NCBI GenBank assembly: GCA_028874675.1
Contig: JAPPJA010000422.1
Span: 1-38,800, forward strand
DNA from: Chloroflexota bacterium
Lineage (GTDB): Bacteria > Chloroflexota > Dehalococcoidia > Lucifugimonadales > UBA3495
Direction of reading: 5' to 3'
DNA: 38,800 bases
Shown here: positions 1 to 8,249 of the stretch, in pieces
Position numbering within the stretch: position 1 is the first letter of the stretch
How the letters are laid out: each line of letters opens with the position of its first letter
The notes under the pieces: generated by a model
Databases searched by the model: none
Told to the model about the DNA's origin: nothing
What the model saw: the letters and a program-made list of their open reading frames with translations, nothing else
Program-made: the position numbers and the translations under genes

Positions 1-259
1 CCCGCCAGCCTGACATACTTTCTTGCGGCATTTCTGACCCCGGCCTTTCTTCCGATCACCTTCGTGAAATTCCGCCGGTTCCCCGCATAAGGCAACTGTG
101 GCGCCAAACGTGAAGGGCGCTCGGCTACGAAAGTGAATAATTTAACGAAATACGTCATTCCATTGACTTAATCGTTATTAGGCTATATCGTAATTGCGGA
201 TTATCCGAAAGGGGTTAACGGAAAGCTCAACTTTTAAGAATTAGGGAGGAATATACTCA

Positions 260-2158
260 GTGAGTCCGAGAATCAATGGCCGGCGGCGCATAGGGCGCTG
301 GCTGGTCGCTTTGACAGCTATAACATCCATTTTCCTGATCGCCTGTGGCGGAGCCGAATCACCAACCACCGCTCCCGCCGCCGCCCCTGCTGAGGCGCCG
401 GCCGCAGCCGCAGAGCCTGCCGCTCCCGCCGAAAGCATGGATTCCGGTTCCATGACCGATTCCAGCGGCGAGGCCATGACTGATTCCAGCTCCTCTTCCG
501 TGTCCATGGAAAACCAGCCGGCTCCGACCAACACTCCGGTACCTACGGTCCAGCCTACGCCCCGTCCTACCGAGGCCATGGTGGTGGCCGCACGGGATGA
601 CGTAGTCATCGTAATCAACGAAGAGCCTTCGATTCCCGACCCCTGGATCAGCACGACCCTGTACCCCAACCAGATAATCCACAACATTGCCCAGCCCATC
701 TCCTTCTTCGGGCCGGACTTCACCGACACCGCCACTGCCGGCTTCACCGGTTTTGAACAGATAGAGCCCAACAAGTGGCGCCTGTCCCTGCGCGAGGGTG
801 TTCAGTTCCACAATGGCGAGGCGTGGAACGCCGAAGCCGCCGCCTACACCATCAACCAACTGGGCGGCAACGTTGAATACCAGCCCTACTCGCAGGTGCG
901 CGAAGCCCACGCCGAAATTATTGACGACATGACTGTGGACTTTGTCTGCACCAGCGCCGCCGGCTGCCCGGTACTGCCCCGCTTCGGGCAGTTCCACATT
1001 TTCGTAGCCCCCGGCTACCACCAGAACGTCTCCCAGGAGGAACGGGACGCCTCCGGCCAGGTAATCGGCTGGGGTCCCTATGTCTGGGATGAGTACGTTC
1101 GCGGCGAGTCCATCACGCTGACCGCCAATGAGAATTACGTTGAGCCTCAGCCGGTTGACTTCATCACCCAGGCGCCCTCCATCAAGGACGCCACCTACAT
1201 CTGGCGCGAAGAGGAAACCGTCCGTTCCGCCATGATCCAGACCGGTGAGGCAGACCTGTCCTGGGCCGTATCCATTGACCAGGCCGACCCCATCAACAAC
1301 AGCGACCACGGCAAGACGGTCAAGGTAGTGTCCGGCGAGGTTTACACCATCAACGTGGACACCATCTGGCACCCTGAGCTGCAGAAGCTGGAGGTGCGCC
1401 AGGCCCTGACCCACGCCATCAACTGCGAAGAGCTGGCCCTGGCCTTCTTTGGCCCCGAGTCCCGCTGCTCCAGCGGCCCCAACGGCATCCCTGGTACCCT
1501 GGGCGTGAACGAGGACAACTGGCAGCCCATCTACGGCTACGACCCCGAGCGGGCCCGGGAACTCCTGGCAGCGGCCAACTACAACCCGGAAAACACCATC
1601 CAGTTCTGGACCCGCGCCGGCCGCTACGCCAAGGACGTGGAAATTACCGAGTCCCTGATTACCTTCTGGCAGGACGTGGGACTGAACGTGGAAGCCCAGA
1701 TCGTGGAGGGCAGCGTGTGGCGTGACCGTCACCTGACCGGCCCGGCCGTCACCTACGACGAGCAGATTGATGCCGGCGCTTCCTCCGAAGATGCCGCCGC
1801 CGCGGTACCGCAGAACGACCCGCCGCGCACCGGCGCTTCCCCCGGACTGGTATTCTTCGCCCCCGGCGGCGAATACTTCGACTTCGGTCGCCAGATCAAC
1901 TTCTACATGAGCTGCGCCTCCAACCGCTCCAAGAACTGCAACGCCGAGTGGCATGCCCTCGGTCAGCAGGCCCTGGCATCCACCGGCGACGAGCGCCGCG
2001 AGCTGATGACTGAAGCCTACAACCTGTTCTCCGAGAACCTGCTGCAGCTTCCCATGATGGAGATCGTTTCCGTCTGGGGCGTCAACAAGGACCTGGAGTT
2101 CGTCAACATGCCCGGCGGCCGCCGCATCCTGATCAACACCATGACCTGGACGCAGTAA
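260..2158 (+). CDS. ABC transporter substrate-binding lipoprotein, family 5 (peptide/oligopeptide/nickel type)
   Basis: 632-aa ORF. GTG at 260 lies 9 nt after GGGAGGA (244-250). N-terminal signal with lipobox (FLIAC|GG), an Ala/Pro/Ser-rich linker, then an SBP_bac_5-like body. A strong hairpin terminator follows. Confidence 0.85.
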   Translation: MSPRINGRRRIGRWLVALTAITSIFLIACGGAESPTTAPAAAPAEAPAAAAEPAAPAESMDSGSMTDSSGEAMTDSSSSSVSMENQPAPTNTPVPTVQPTPRPTEAMVVAARDDVVIVINEEPSIPDPWISTTLYPNQIIHNIAQPISFFGPDFTDTATAGFTGFEQIEPNKWRLSLREGVQFHNGEAWNAEAAAYTINQLGGNVEYQPYSQVREAHAEIIDDMTVDFVCTSAAGCPVLPRFGQFHIFVAPGYHQNVSQEERDASGQVIGWGPYVWDEYVRGESITLTANENYVEPQPVDFITQAPSIKDATYIWREEETVRSAMIQTGEADLSWAVSIDQADPINNSDHGKTVKVVSGEVYTINVDTIWHPELQKLEVRQALTHAINCEELALAFFGPESRCSSGPNGIPGTLGVNEDNWQPIYGYDPERARELLAAANYNPENTIQFWTRAGRYAKDVEITESLITFWQDVGLNVEAQIVEGSVWRDRHLTGPAVTYDEQIDAGASSEDAAAAVPQNDPPRTGASPGLVFFAPGGEYFDFGRQINFYMSCASNRSKNCNAEWHALGQQALASTGDERRELMTEAYNLFSENLLQLPMMEIVSVWGVNKDLEFVNMPGGRRILINTMTWTQ

Positions 2159-2193
2159 GCAGCCACCCAATTACCGTTTAACCGGTCAAGCAA

Positions 2194-2233
2194 AACGCCC
2201 TCGGACCATGTGGTCCGGGGGCGTTGTTTTGTT
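2194..2233 (+). terminator. Rho-independent terminator of the first SBP gene
   Basis: aacgccctcggacc (2194-2207) pairs with ggtccgggggcgtt (2212-2225), 13 of 14 bp, loop atgt, followed by gttttgtt. Confidence 0.75.
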
Positions 2234-2246
2234 CACCACAATAGTT

Positions 2247-2255
2247 TGCTAGAAT
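2247..2255 (+). promoter_or_regulatory. Possible extended -10 promoter element (TGcTAGAAT) for the DUF262/HEPN cassette
   Basis: TG at 2247-2248 and TAGAAT at 2250-2255, directly after the upstream terminator and about 30 nt before the ATG at 2286. No good -35. Confidence 0.3.
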
Positions 2256-2285
2256 GAAGGATATTCATCCATTGTGGAGATTTCA

Positions 2286-3353
2286 ATGGTGATGGCTGAA
2301 GAAGAAGAACTGTTGGTAGAAGAAACTGAACCCTCGGATGATGAAGAAGTTCAGGATGTGCGCTATGACATAATGCCATACCCCGCCGACTACACTCTAA
2401 AAGGTCTGTACGACAAATGGCAAGCTGGCCAACTGCTGATTCCAGACTATCAGCGCAACTATGTCTGGACACAGAAACAGGCAAGTCAATTCATCGAGTC
2501 GTTTCTCTTGGGCTTGCCTGTTCCCCAAGTGTTCTTGTACCGGGATCGTTCTGATCCCAGGTTAACGGTTATTGACGGTCACCAGCGTCTCAGCACTATC
2601 GCCCGCTTTTATAGCGGGGAATTTCGCCTAAGGGATGTAAATTCCTTATGGGCAGGTCGGGCTTACGATGACCTCAGTGACTACGATAGGCCAATTCTCG
2701 ACGACTCAACCTTGCGGGCAATAATAATCAGGCAGATACAACCCGATAACAATTCGAGCATGTATCAGATTTTCCGAAGGCTCAACACTGGGGGCACCCA
2801 ACTGAATGACATGGAGATTAGGCGAGCGATTTCTTTCTCGCGCGAGGGTGCGGTTGGATTCTTGGATCGCCTCAACGAGAACGATGACTGGCGATCAATC
2901 ATTGGAACCAGCGAACCAGCCAAACGATTCCGTGATGTAGAATTGGTCCTTAGAGTTTTGGCGCTTTCTGAAAAATGGATGAACTACGGTGAACGAGAGT
3001 ATGGCGGACAGTCCATGAAGGCCTTCATGGACAAATATATGGAAGTCCTTGACAAGGAAGATTCTCCTACCTTAGACCAGTTAGAAGAACGGTTCAACGA
3101 AGCATGTCGAGCAATCGCATCACAGTTGGGAGAGAAACCTTTTCACCTAAGAGGAAGGCTGAATCTTGGTGCCTTAGACTCTGTGATGGCCTGTGCCATT
3201 GAATTAGGGGAGTCCCTAAAGGAGCAAATTAAAGAGGAATACGCAACATTGCGCGAAAACGACGAGTTCCTTGCAGCAGTGACACATGACACTAGCCATA
3301 CTACCGAAGTTAAACAGCGATTTAACTTGGTTCATTCTGCCTTTAGTGGCTAG
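2286..3353 (+). CDS. DUF262 domain protein (GmrS-like ParB/Srx-fold NTPase), no recognisable DUF1524/HNH nuclease domain
   Basis: ORF 2274-3353. ATG 2286 is preferred because GGAGA (2276-2280) lies 5 nt upstream; GTG 2274 is the alternative. Motifs IPDYQRNYVW, VIDGHQRLSTI and FRRLNTGGTQLNDMEIRRA. Helical C-terminal third. Codons are visibly AT-richer than the flanking genes. Confidence 0.85.
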   Translation: MVMAEEEELLVEETEPSDDEEVQDVRYDIMPYPADYTLKGLYDKWQAGQLLIPDYQRNYVWTQKQASQFIESFLLGLPVPQVFLYRDRSDPRLTVIDGHQRLSTIARFYSGEFRLRDVNSLWAGRAYDDLSDYDRPILDDSTLRAIIIRQIQPDNNSSMYQIFRRLNTGGTQLNDMEIRRAISFSREGAVGFLDRLNENDDWRSIIGTSEPAKRFRDVELVLRVLALSEKWMNYGEREYGGQSMKAFMDKYMEVLDKEDSPTLDQLEERFNEACRAIASQLGEKPFHLRGRLNLGALDSVMACAIELGESLKEQIKEEYATLRENDEFLAAVTHDTSHTTEVKQRFNLVHSAFSG

Positions 3354-3357
3354 GACT

Positions 3358-3852
3358 ATGCCAGATCTGTTGCCGTTGACCGGGGCTGCAATTGCAGACT
3401 ACCGGCAGCACATGAGCCAACATCCCGATACTGACCCCGTCATATTGGCCTACTTGAACAGACATATCAACGGGTTAATGTGTGCAGAGATTGAACAAGT
3501 AGTAACCAAGTTAATTTGCGAAAAGCTAGACGCAGGGCAGCAACATCCAGAAGCCCGGAGTTTTTTTCCAAGTTTCCTTGATGCAAGACGCATGGGTTGC
3601 TTAAGGAACGCGCGGGTCGATGAAATGCGAACTACCTTGTCCGCATTTGGATTGTATTATCGGAACAAGTTTAATGAACTATTGGACGGAGGCTTGAGTT
3701 CCGACGACATCAATAAACTGAACGCAGCGGTAAAGAAACGAAACGAAGACGCTCATAGCACGCCTCCAACCATCACTTTCCAAGAAGTCGAAGAAACCTA
3801 TGATGTTGCTACTGCCGTAATGGACGCAGTCCAACAAACCCTGCAAACCTGA
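3358..3852 (+). CDS. Small HEPN-domain protein (predicted RNase, Rx4H motif)
   Basis: ATG 3358 is 4 nt after the DUF262 stop (TAG 3351-3353). The upstream part of track ORF 3286-3852 overlaps that gene and was discarded. 164 aa, all-helical appearance, KKRNEDAH (R-x4-H) near the C-terminus. Low GC, like its partner. Confidence 0.7.
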   Translation: MPDLLPLTGAAIADYRQHMSQHPDTDPVILAYLNRHINGLMCAEIEQVVTKLICEKLDAGQQHPEARSFFPSFLDARRMGCLRNARVDEMRTTLSAFGLYYRNKFNELLDGGLSSDDINKLNAAVKKRNEDAHSTPPTITFQEVEETYDVATAVMDAVQQTLQT

Positions 3853-3872
3853 TCCGCGATCTTAACTCTCCC

Positions 3873-5303
3873 CTACCTCACCGGCCCGCCCAGGGGTGAA
3901 CGGGGCGAACCGCTTTCCAGGAATCCGCCGTAGCCGGGCTGCTGCTCCAGTTCTCCCTGGTTGAGCAGAACCTCTCCCCGCAGCAACGTCATGTGGGGGC
4001 GTCCCTGTACCTGCCAGCCCTCAAACAGGGTGTAGCCGGCGTTGCTGTGGTGGTCCCTGGAAGTAATGATGCGGTCGCTCCCGGGGTCCAGAATCAGCAG
4101 GTCTGCGTCGGAACCCACCTGGATGACCCCCTTGCGGGGGTAGAGGCCGAAGATGCGCGCCGGGTTCTCCGACATTACCCGCGCCAGCCACCAGATCGGC
4201 AGTCCTCGCTTCACCACGCCCTCGCTGTACATTAAAGGCACCAGGGTCTCCACGCCCGGGGACCCGAAGGGCACCGAGGCGCCGTTAGCGTCCACGAAAA
4301 TGTTGTCCCACCCCACCTGCTTCAGCTCCTGGGGGTAGGGCGCATGGTCGCTGGCGGTGATGGAGATGTGCCCCTGTTCCAGGCCCCGCCACAGGGCGTC
4401 CTGGTCCGGGCCGTCGGCCGGCCGCAGGGGCGGACCGATCTTGGCCAGGGGGCCGTACTTGGCCATTTCCTCGTCGGAAAGCAGCAGGTACTGGGGGCAG
4501 GACTCGGTCCAGATGCGCTGTCCCAGGGACTGGGCCTGCTTGATTCGTTCCAGGCCAAGCTGGGTGCTAAGGTGCACCACGTAAGTAGGACAGTTGGTTG
4601 CTCCGGCCATCTTTATGGCCCGGTTGATGGCCTCTTCCTCGGCCCAGTCGGGGCATGCCGAGGGGAAGTCGGTGGGGTGGGTGTGCCCTTCCGAAAGCAG
4701 CTTGTTCTCCAGGTACTCGATGATGTTCCCGCTCTCGCAGTGAAGCTGCAGGACGCCGCCGCCTTTCGCCACCATTTCCATTGACTCGCAGATATAGTCG
4801 TCGTCGCACATGCGGTAGGGACGCTTCTTGTAGGTCATGAACATCTTGTAGGACTTGACGCCCATTGCCAGGGCCTCGGGCAGGCTGTTCAGGATGCTGG
4901 GGCGGTTCTGCAGGATGAAATGGAAGGCGAAGTCGGTAACTGCCGTGCGCTCCACTTCCTCGCGGCAGCGGTTGATGGCCTCGGGCAGGGTCTCGTCGCC
5001 CTCCAGGTTGTAAGTGCCGAAGGGGACCAGGGTGGTCAGGCCGGCGTGGGCGGCGGCCAGTGACCCCAGGGCATAGTTGTCGTGGCCGTCCAGGTGGACG
5101 TGGCAGTCAATCAGCCCAGGCAGCACGTACATTCCCGAGGCGTCAATGTACTTGTCCGCCGGGGGCAGCAGGTTTTCCGGGCCAATGGCAGCGATCTTTC
5201 CCCCGTCAATGGCAATGGAGGCCTCGTAAACCTGGGAGGAGGTAACTATCCGGCCTCCTACGACAATGGTATCCACGTGCCGGTCGGTGCGGGTGGTGGT
5301 CAT
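3873..5303 (-). CDS. Cyclic amidohydrolase, dihydropyrimidinase/D-hydantoinase family
   Basis: 476 aa. Metal-binding DCHVHLDG, carbamylated-Lys context SYKMFM, HCE, VVHLS and ASDHAP motifs typical of hydantoinase/dihydropyrimidinase. GGAGG lies 8 nt upstream of the ATG at 5303. High GC. Confidence 0.85.
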   Translation of the reverse strand: MTTTRTDRHVDTIVVGGRIVTSSQVYEASIAIDGGKIAAIGPENLLPPADKYIDASGMYVLPGLIDCHVHLDGHDNYALGSLAAAHAGLTTLVPFGTYNLEGDETLPEAINRCREEVERTAVTDFAFHFILQNRPSILNSLPEALAMGVKSYKMFMTYKKRPYRMCDDDYICESMEMVAKGGGVLQLHCESGNIIEYLENKLLSEGHTHPTDFPSACPDWAEEEAINRAIKMAGATNCPTYVVHLSTQLGLERIKQAQSLGQRIWTESCPQYLLLSDEEMAKYGPLAKIGPPLRPADGPDQDALWRGLEQGHISITASDHAPYPQELKQVGWDNIFVDANGASVPFGSPGVETLVPLMYSEGVVKRGLPIWWLARVMSENPARIFGLYPRKGVIQVGSDADLLILDPGSDRIITSRDHHSNAGYTLFEGWQVQGRPHMTLLRGEVLLNQGELEQQPGYGGFLESGSPRSPLGGPVR

Positions 5304-5329
5304 GGGGGGCCTCCTTGCGGGGGTTAGGG

Positions 5330-5911
5330 TTATGTATCGAGAGATTCCAGGTAACTGAAGAGCCGGTTGCAGGCAGGGGAGGCTGTACGGACTTTGGCAG
5401 GGTCTATGGCTTCCAACAAGCGGGGACCATGGTTAGTCTTGTGATATCGGCCTTTAGTGGTTGCCCTTGTGGCATCGGCCAACCCGCTCAGCACGTCATC
5501 TTTGGGAATTTCCTCAATGGCCGGATTGGCAGGGAGGCGGTTAGCCGAGAAGTCTCGACCATAATAAGCGCTGAGGGCCTGCTTGTCAGCCAGAAACCAG
5601 GATTCCATAACCTGCACCATGAAGTGGATACGGTCGTCAGATACATTTAAACCTGTGGCGTAGTCCCAGTGGTCATGTTGACGAACTTCCTGAAAGAGAT
5701 TGGTGGCATACGGTTTCTCGGCGTCGATCAAAAGGACATTAACCGCCTCGGGATAGTTCTTCAGGCCGGACGTAAAATCGGCTATGGCGTTGGCCTTGCA
5801 AGGCACCGGGGCAATTCTGATGCCGGGCAGTCTGAACCTTTCGAAGAACTTACTGAACCCTATTCGCAGGCTCCGGTCTCCCTCGAAATATACCCGGACA
5901 GCAGTCGCCAT
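5330..5911 (-). CDS. DUF4276 family protein (Toprim-like signature)
   Basis: 193 aa. N-terminal strand plus acidic motif VRVYFEGD, then VLLIDAE (DxD-like) and MESWFLAD. Its start codon directly abuts the stop of the upstream ATPase gene (5911/5912). Lower GC than the flanks. Confidence 0.75.
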   Translation of the reverse strand: MATAVRVYFEGDRSLRIGFSKFFERFRLPGIRIAPVPCKANAIADFTSGLKNYPEAVNVLLIDAEKPYATNLFQEVRQHDHWDYATGLNVSDDRIHFMVQVMESWFLADKQALSAYYGRDFSANRLPANPAIEEIPKDDVLSGLADATRATTKGRYHKTNHGPRLLEAIDPAKVRTASPACNRLFSYLESLDT

Positions 5912-7123
5912 TTAGAACCTGGTTCCCCCAATATGCCCGTGCAACCACAGCTCCCCTAACTTATACCGCTCCAGGTAAGACTCGAGCTCTTCCTTCTTCA
6001 ACCTATTGAACTCGGTCCCGGTATCCGGGTAGCGTTCACAGATAACCACGCTTTCCGGATCTTCCCAAAGGTGGTCAATCAACTCCGCCGAGTGGGTGGT
6101 GACGATAATCTGGGTGCGCTGAGAGGCCTCTATCAGTAACTTGGCGACCTGGTGGATTACGTCGGGGTGCAGGCCTAGTTCCGGTTCTTCAATGCATATG
6201 AGCGGGGGCGGATGGGGATGGCAGAGTATGGTGAGCAAGGCCAGGAATCTTAGTGTGCCGTCGGACAGTCGGGCGGCCGGCACAGGGTTATTCAGGCCTT
6301 TTTCGCGAATCCACAGCTGAGCTGTGTTGGCAAATATATCTATGCCCAAGCTTTCGTAAGTCTCATAGAATCGTCCAAGTTGTTCTTCGATAGTGGGCAT
6401 CACCGGTTCCCGCTTCAACCGGTTCAACACCAAGGCCAAGTTGGAAAAATCCTCGTACAATGCATCAGCGGGAGTATCAGTAGGTTGTGGCATACGGATA
6501 GCGCTTTTGCGCCCCATGTTCCATTCTCGGTAGAGGTGGATAACATTCATCTGTTCGCCGACATGAGTCATCTCAGGGTAGAACGAAGGGTCCCTTCGTT
6601 GACTAAATACTGATTGGTTCAGTTTCAGTTCGCCCAAACCAATTGGTTGGAACCAATAGTTCTCAAAGGGGCTGTCCGACATTCCTGCTGTATTCCAATT
6701 CCAAACGGCTAGGTTTCCTATCCCCCGGTTCAGATCAACTACTCTAAATGGAAGATTATCCGTATGACCAACTGAGTCAACGTATTCCATGCGTTCATAT
6801 TCTATGAATGGTTGCCAGCCCCACTGAGACAGCCCTACTGAATAACGTAACCCCACAGACCCGGGCGGGTGAGCAAGCGTCGCTACCAATCCACTAGTGT
6901 CGTTGTGGGTTCTACGGCCCTTCCAGAACCATTCTGATATTCCACCATTTGAACCCAAGAACCCTGCCAAATCCCTCGGCAAAGCTTGCAATAAAGCCAT
7001 GATCTCGATGAAGTTTGACTTCCCCGAAGCATTGGGGCCTACCAGGACGTTCAATGGACGCATTTCCAGTTCTACATCTCGGAAGGAAAGCATTCCATTA
7101 ACTTTTATCGAATTGAGCAGCAT
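5912..7123 (-). CDS. ABC/SMC-like ATPase (AAA_21/AAA_15 type, OLD/PARIS-AriA-like class)
   Basis: Walker A GPNASGKSN, signature-like LSDGTLRFLAL, Walker B/D-loop LICIEEPELGLHPD, H-loop VTTHS. ATG 7123 (MLLNSIKVNG...) is preferred; the track ORF extends to a TTG at 7168. A TATAAT on the minus strand lies at 7176-7171. Confidence 0.85.
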   Translation of the reverse strand: MLLNSIKVNGMLSFRDVELEMRPLNVLVGPNASGKSNFIEIMALLQALPRDLAGFLGSNGGISEWFWKGRRTHNDTSGLVATLAHPPGSVGLRYSVGLSQWGWQPFIEYERMEYVDSVGHTDNLPFRVVDLNRGIGNLAVWNWNTAGMSDSPFENYWFQPIGLGELKLNQSVFSQRRDPSFYPEMTHVGEQMNVIHLYREWNMGRKSAIRMPQPTDTPADALYEDFSNLALVLNRLKREPVMPTIEEQLGRFYETYESLGIDIFANTAQLWIREKGLNNPVPAARLSDGTLRFLALLTILCHPHPPPLICIEEPELGLHPDVIHQVAKLLIEASQRTQIIVTTHSAELIDHLWEDPESVVICERYPDTGTEFNRLKKEELESYLERYKLGELWLHGHIGGTRF

Positions 7124-7188
7124 AACTAACCCTGGCGGAAGGGCGATTCCCAAATTGGAGACTTGCAAAGATTATACACAGTCAAAGA

Positions 7189-8070
7189 CTATATACCCCC
7201 TCTCCACCTTCCCACCCCCTCCCGCAAGCGCCCGAACCCCAGTTCCTCGCATAGCTGCTGGTAGGGTTGCTGGTGGGCGCCTTGCCATTCCAGGTCGGGG
7301 ACGCTTTCGGTAATGGGGACGTCCAGTCGGAGGGTGGCCAAGTGGCGGTAGAGGAGGGCGGCTTCCATGTTGTCGGCCAGGCTGGCGGCCAGGGACTGGG
7401 CTCCCCGCACGTTGATGGCCCAGTCCGCCGCCTCCGCGGGGATGGCCTCAATGTGGTCGTAGTGGTCCAGCACCTGGGCGGTGCCCTTGGCCCCCCAGCG
7501 GGGAATGCCGGGGATCCCGTCGGCGCTGTCGCCCACCAGCCCCAGGTAATCGGGGATTGACGCGGGACCCACCCCGAACTTTTCCCGCACGCCGTCCTCG
7601 TTGGTGACTATGTCCCGGCGCCGGTCCAGGGCCACCACGCGGTCGCCGCGAATGACCTGCGACAGGTCCTTGTCCGGCGAACACAGGACTATTTGCTCTA
7701 CGCCGGGCTCCTCCTGCCAGCGCACCGCCGCTGCGCCCAGGGCATCGTCCGCCTCGAATTCCGTCATCGGCCACACCACCAGGCCCAGGGCCGCCGCCGC
7801 CCGCTCCGCCAGGGGAAACTGGGCCAGCAGCTCCGGAGGTGTGCCCTCTCCCGTTTTGTAACCGTCAAACAACCGGTTGCGGAAGGAAAGGATTTCGCTG
7901 TCGAACGCCACGGCAACGTGGGAAACGTCGTCCTGACGCAGCAGGCTGATGAGAGTCTGCACCAGGCCCCGAACCGCTCCCACCTCGCGGCCGTCGGGCG
8001 CAGAAATGGAGGGCATTGCGAAGTAGGCCCGGAACAGCTCATAAGTCCCGTCAACCAGGTGAACTTTCAT
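7189..8070 (-). CDS. 5'-3' exonuclease / flap endonuclease (PolI N-terminal-domain-like, FEN family)
   Basis: MKVHLVDGTYELFRAYFA, EADD, SPDKDL and an H3TH region GIPGIPRWGAKGTA. ATG 8070 has an A/G-rich RBS. The track ORF starts at GTG 8091, inside the repeat element. Confidence 0.85.
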   Translation of the reverse strand: MKVHLVDGTYELFRAYFAMPSISAPDGREVGAVRGLVQTLISLLRQDDVSHVAVAFDSEILSFRNRLFDGYKTGEGTPPELLAQFPLAERAAAALGLVVWPMTEFEADDALGAAAVRWQEEPGVEQIVLCSPDKDLSQVIRGDRVVALDRRRDIVTNEDGVREKFGVGPASIPDYLGLVGDSADGIPGIPRWGAKGTAQVLDHYDHIEAIPAEAADWAINVRGAQSLAASLADNMEAALLYRHLATLRLDVPITESVPDLEWQGAHQQPYQQLCEELGFGRLREGVGRWRGGI

Positions 8071-8085
8071 CTTTTTCCTTTTTCC

Positions 8086-8242
8086 ATCCACGAAGGAACA
8101 CGAAGATTCACGAAGTAAGTCTTTTGCTTGACGATACAGGTTTTTAGCCTGCCAACCCGTTCTTTCCAGAAAGGCTCACGAGCAAGCTTCTCACCTTTAC
8201 AAACCAAATCCCACTTCGTGCTTCTTCGTGTCCTTCGTGGAT
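8086..8242. repeat. CACGAA-type inverted-repeat element, copy A (long imperfect hairpin)
   Basis: Left arm atccacgaaggaacacgaagattcacgaagt (8086-8116). The reverse complement of the right arm (8213-8242) is atccacgaaggacacgaagaagcacgaagt. About 96-nt spacer with further internal pairing. Intergenic; the element ends 7 nt from the aminotransferase stop codon. Confidence 0.8.
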
Positions 8243-8249
8243 AGATTGA

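Noticed and set aside
1-90. A frame open from the window edge to TAA at 88-90 (…FLAAFLTPAFLPITFVKFRRFPA*), possibly the 3' end of a membrane-protein gene.
   Set aside because: Only 29 codons are visible, which is too short to support a call.
359-2170. 603-aa minus-strand ORF antisense to the first SBP gene. The same applies to 8478-9524(+), 9707-11149(+), 14418-15686(-), 16639-17808(-), 18084-19277(-), 28029-29540(+), 32682-34451(-), 35849-36673(-) and 37359-38720(-).
   Set aside because: These are typical high-GC shadow ORFs. They are Gly/Ala/Arg/Pro/Val-rich with no recognisable motifs, and each lies fully inside a well-supported gene on the other strand.
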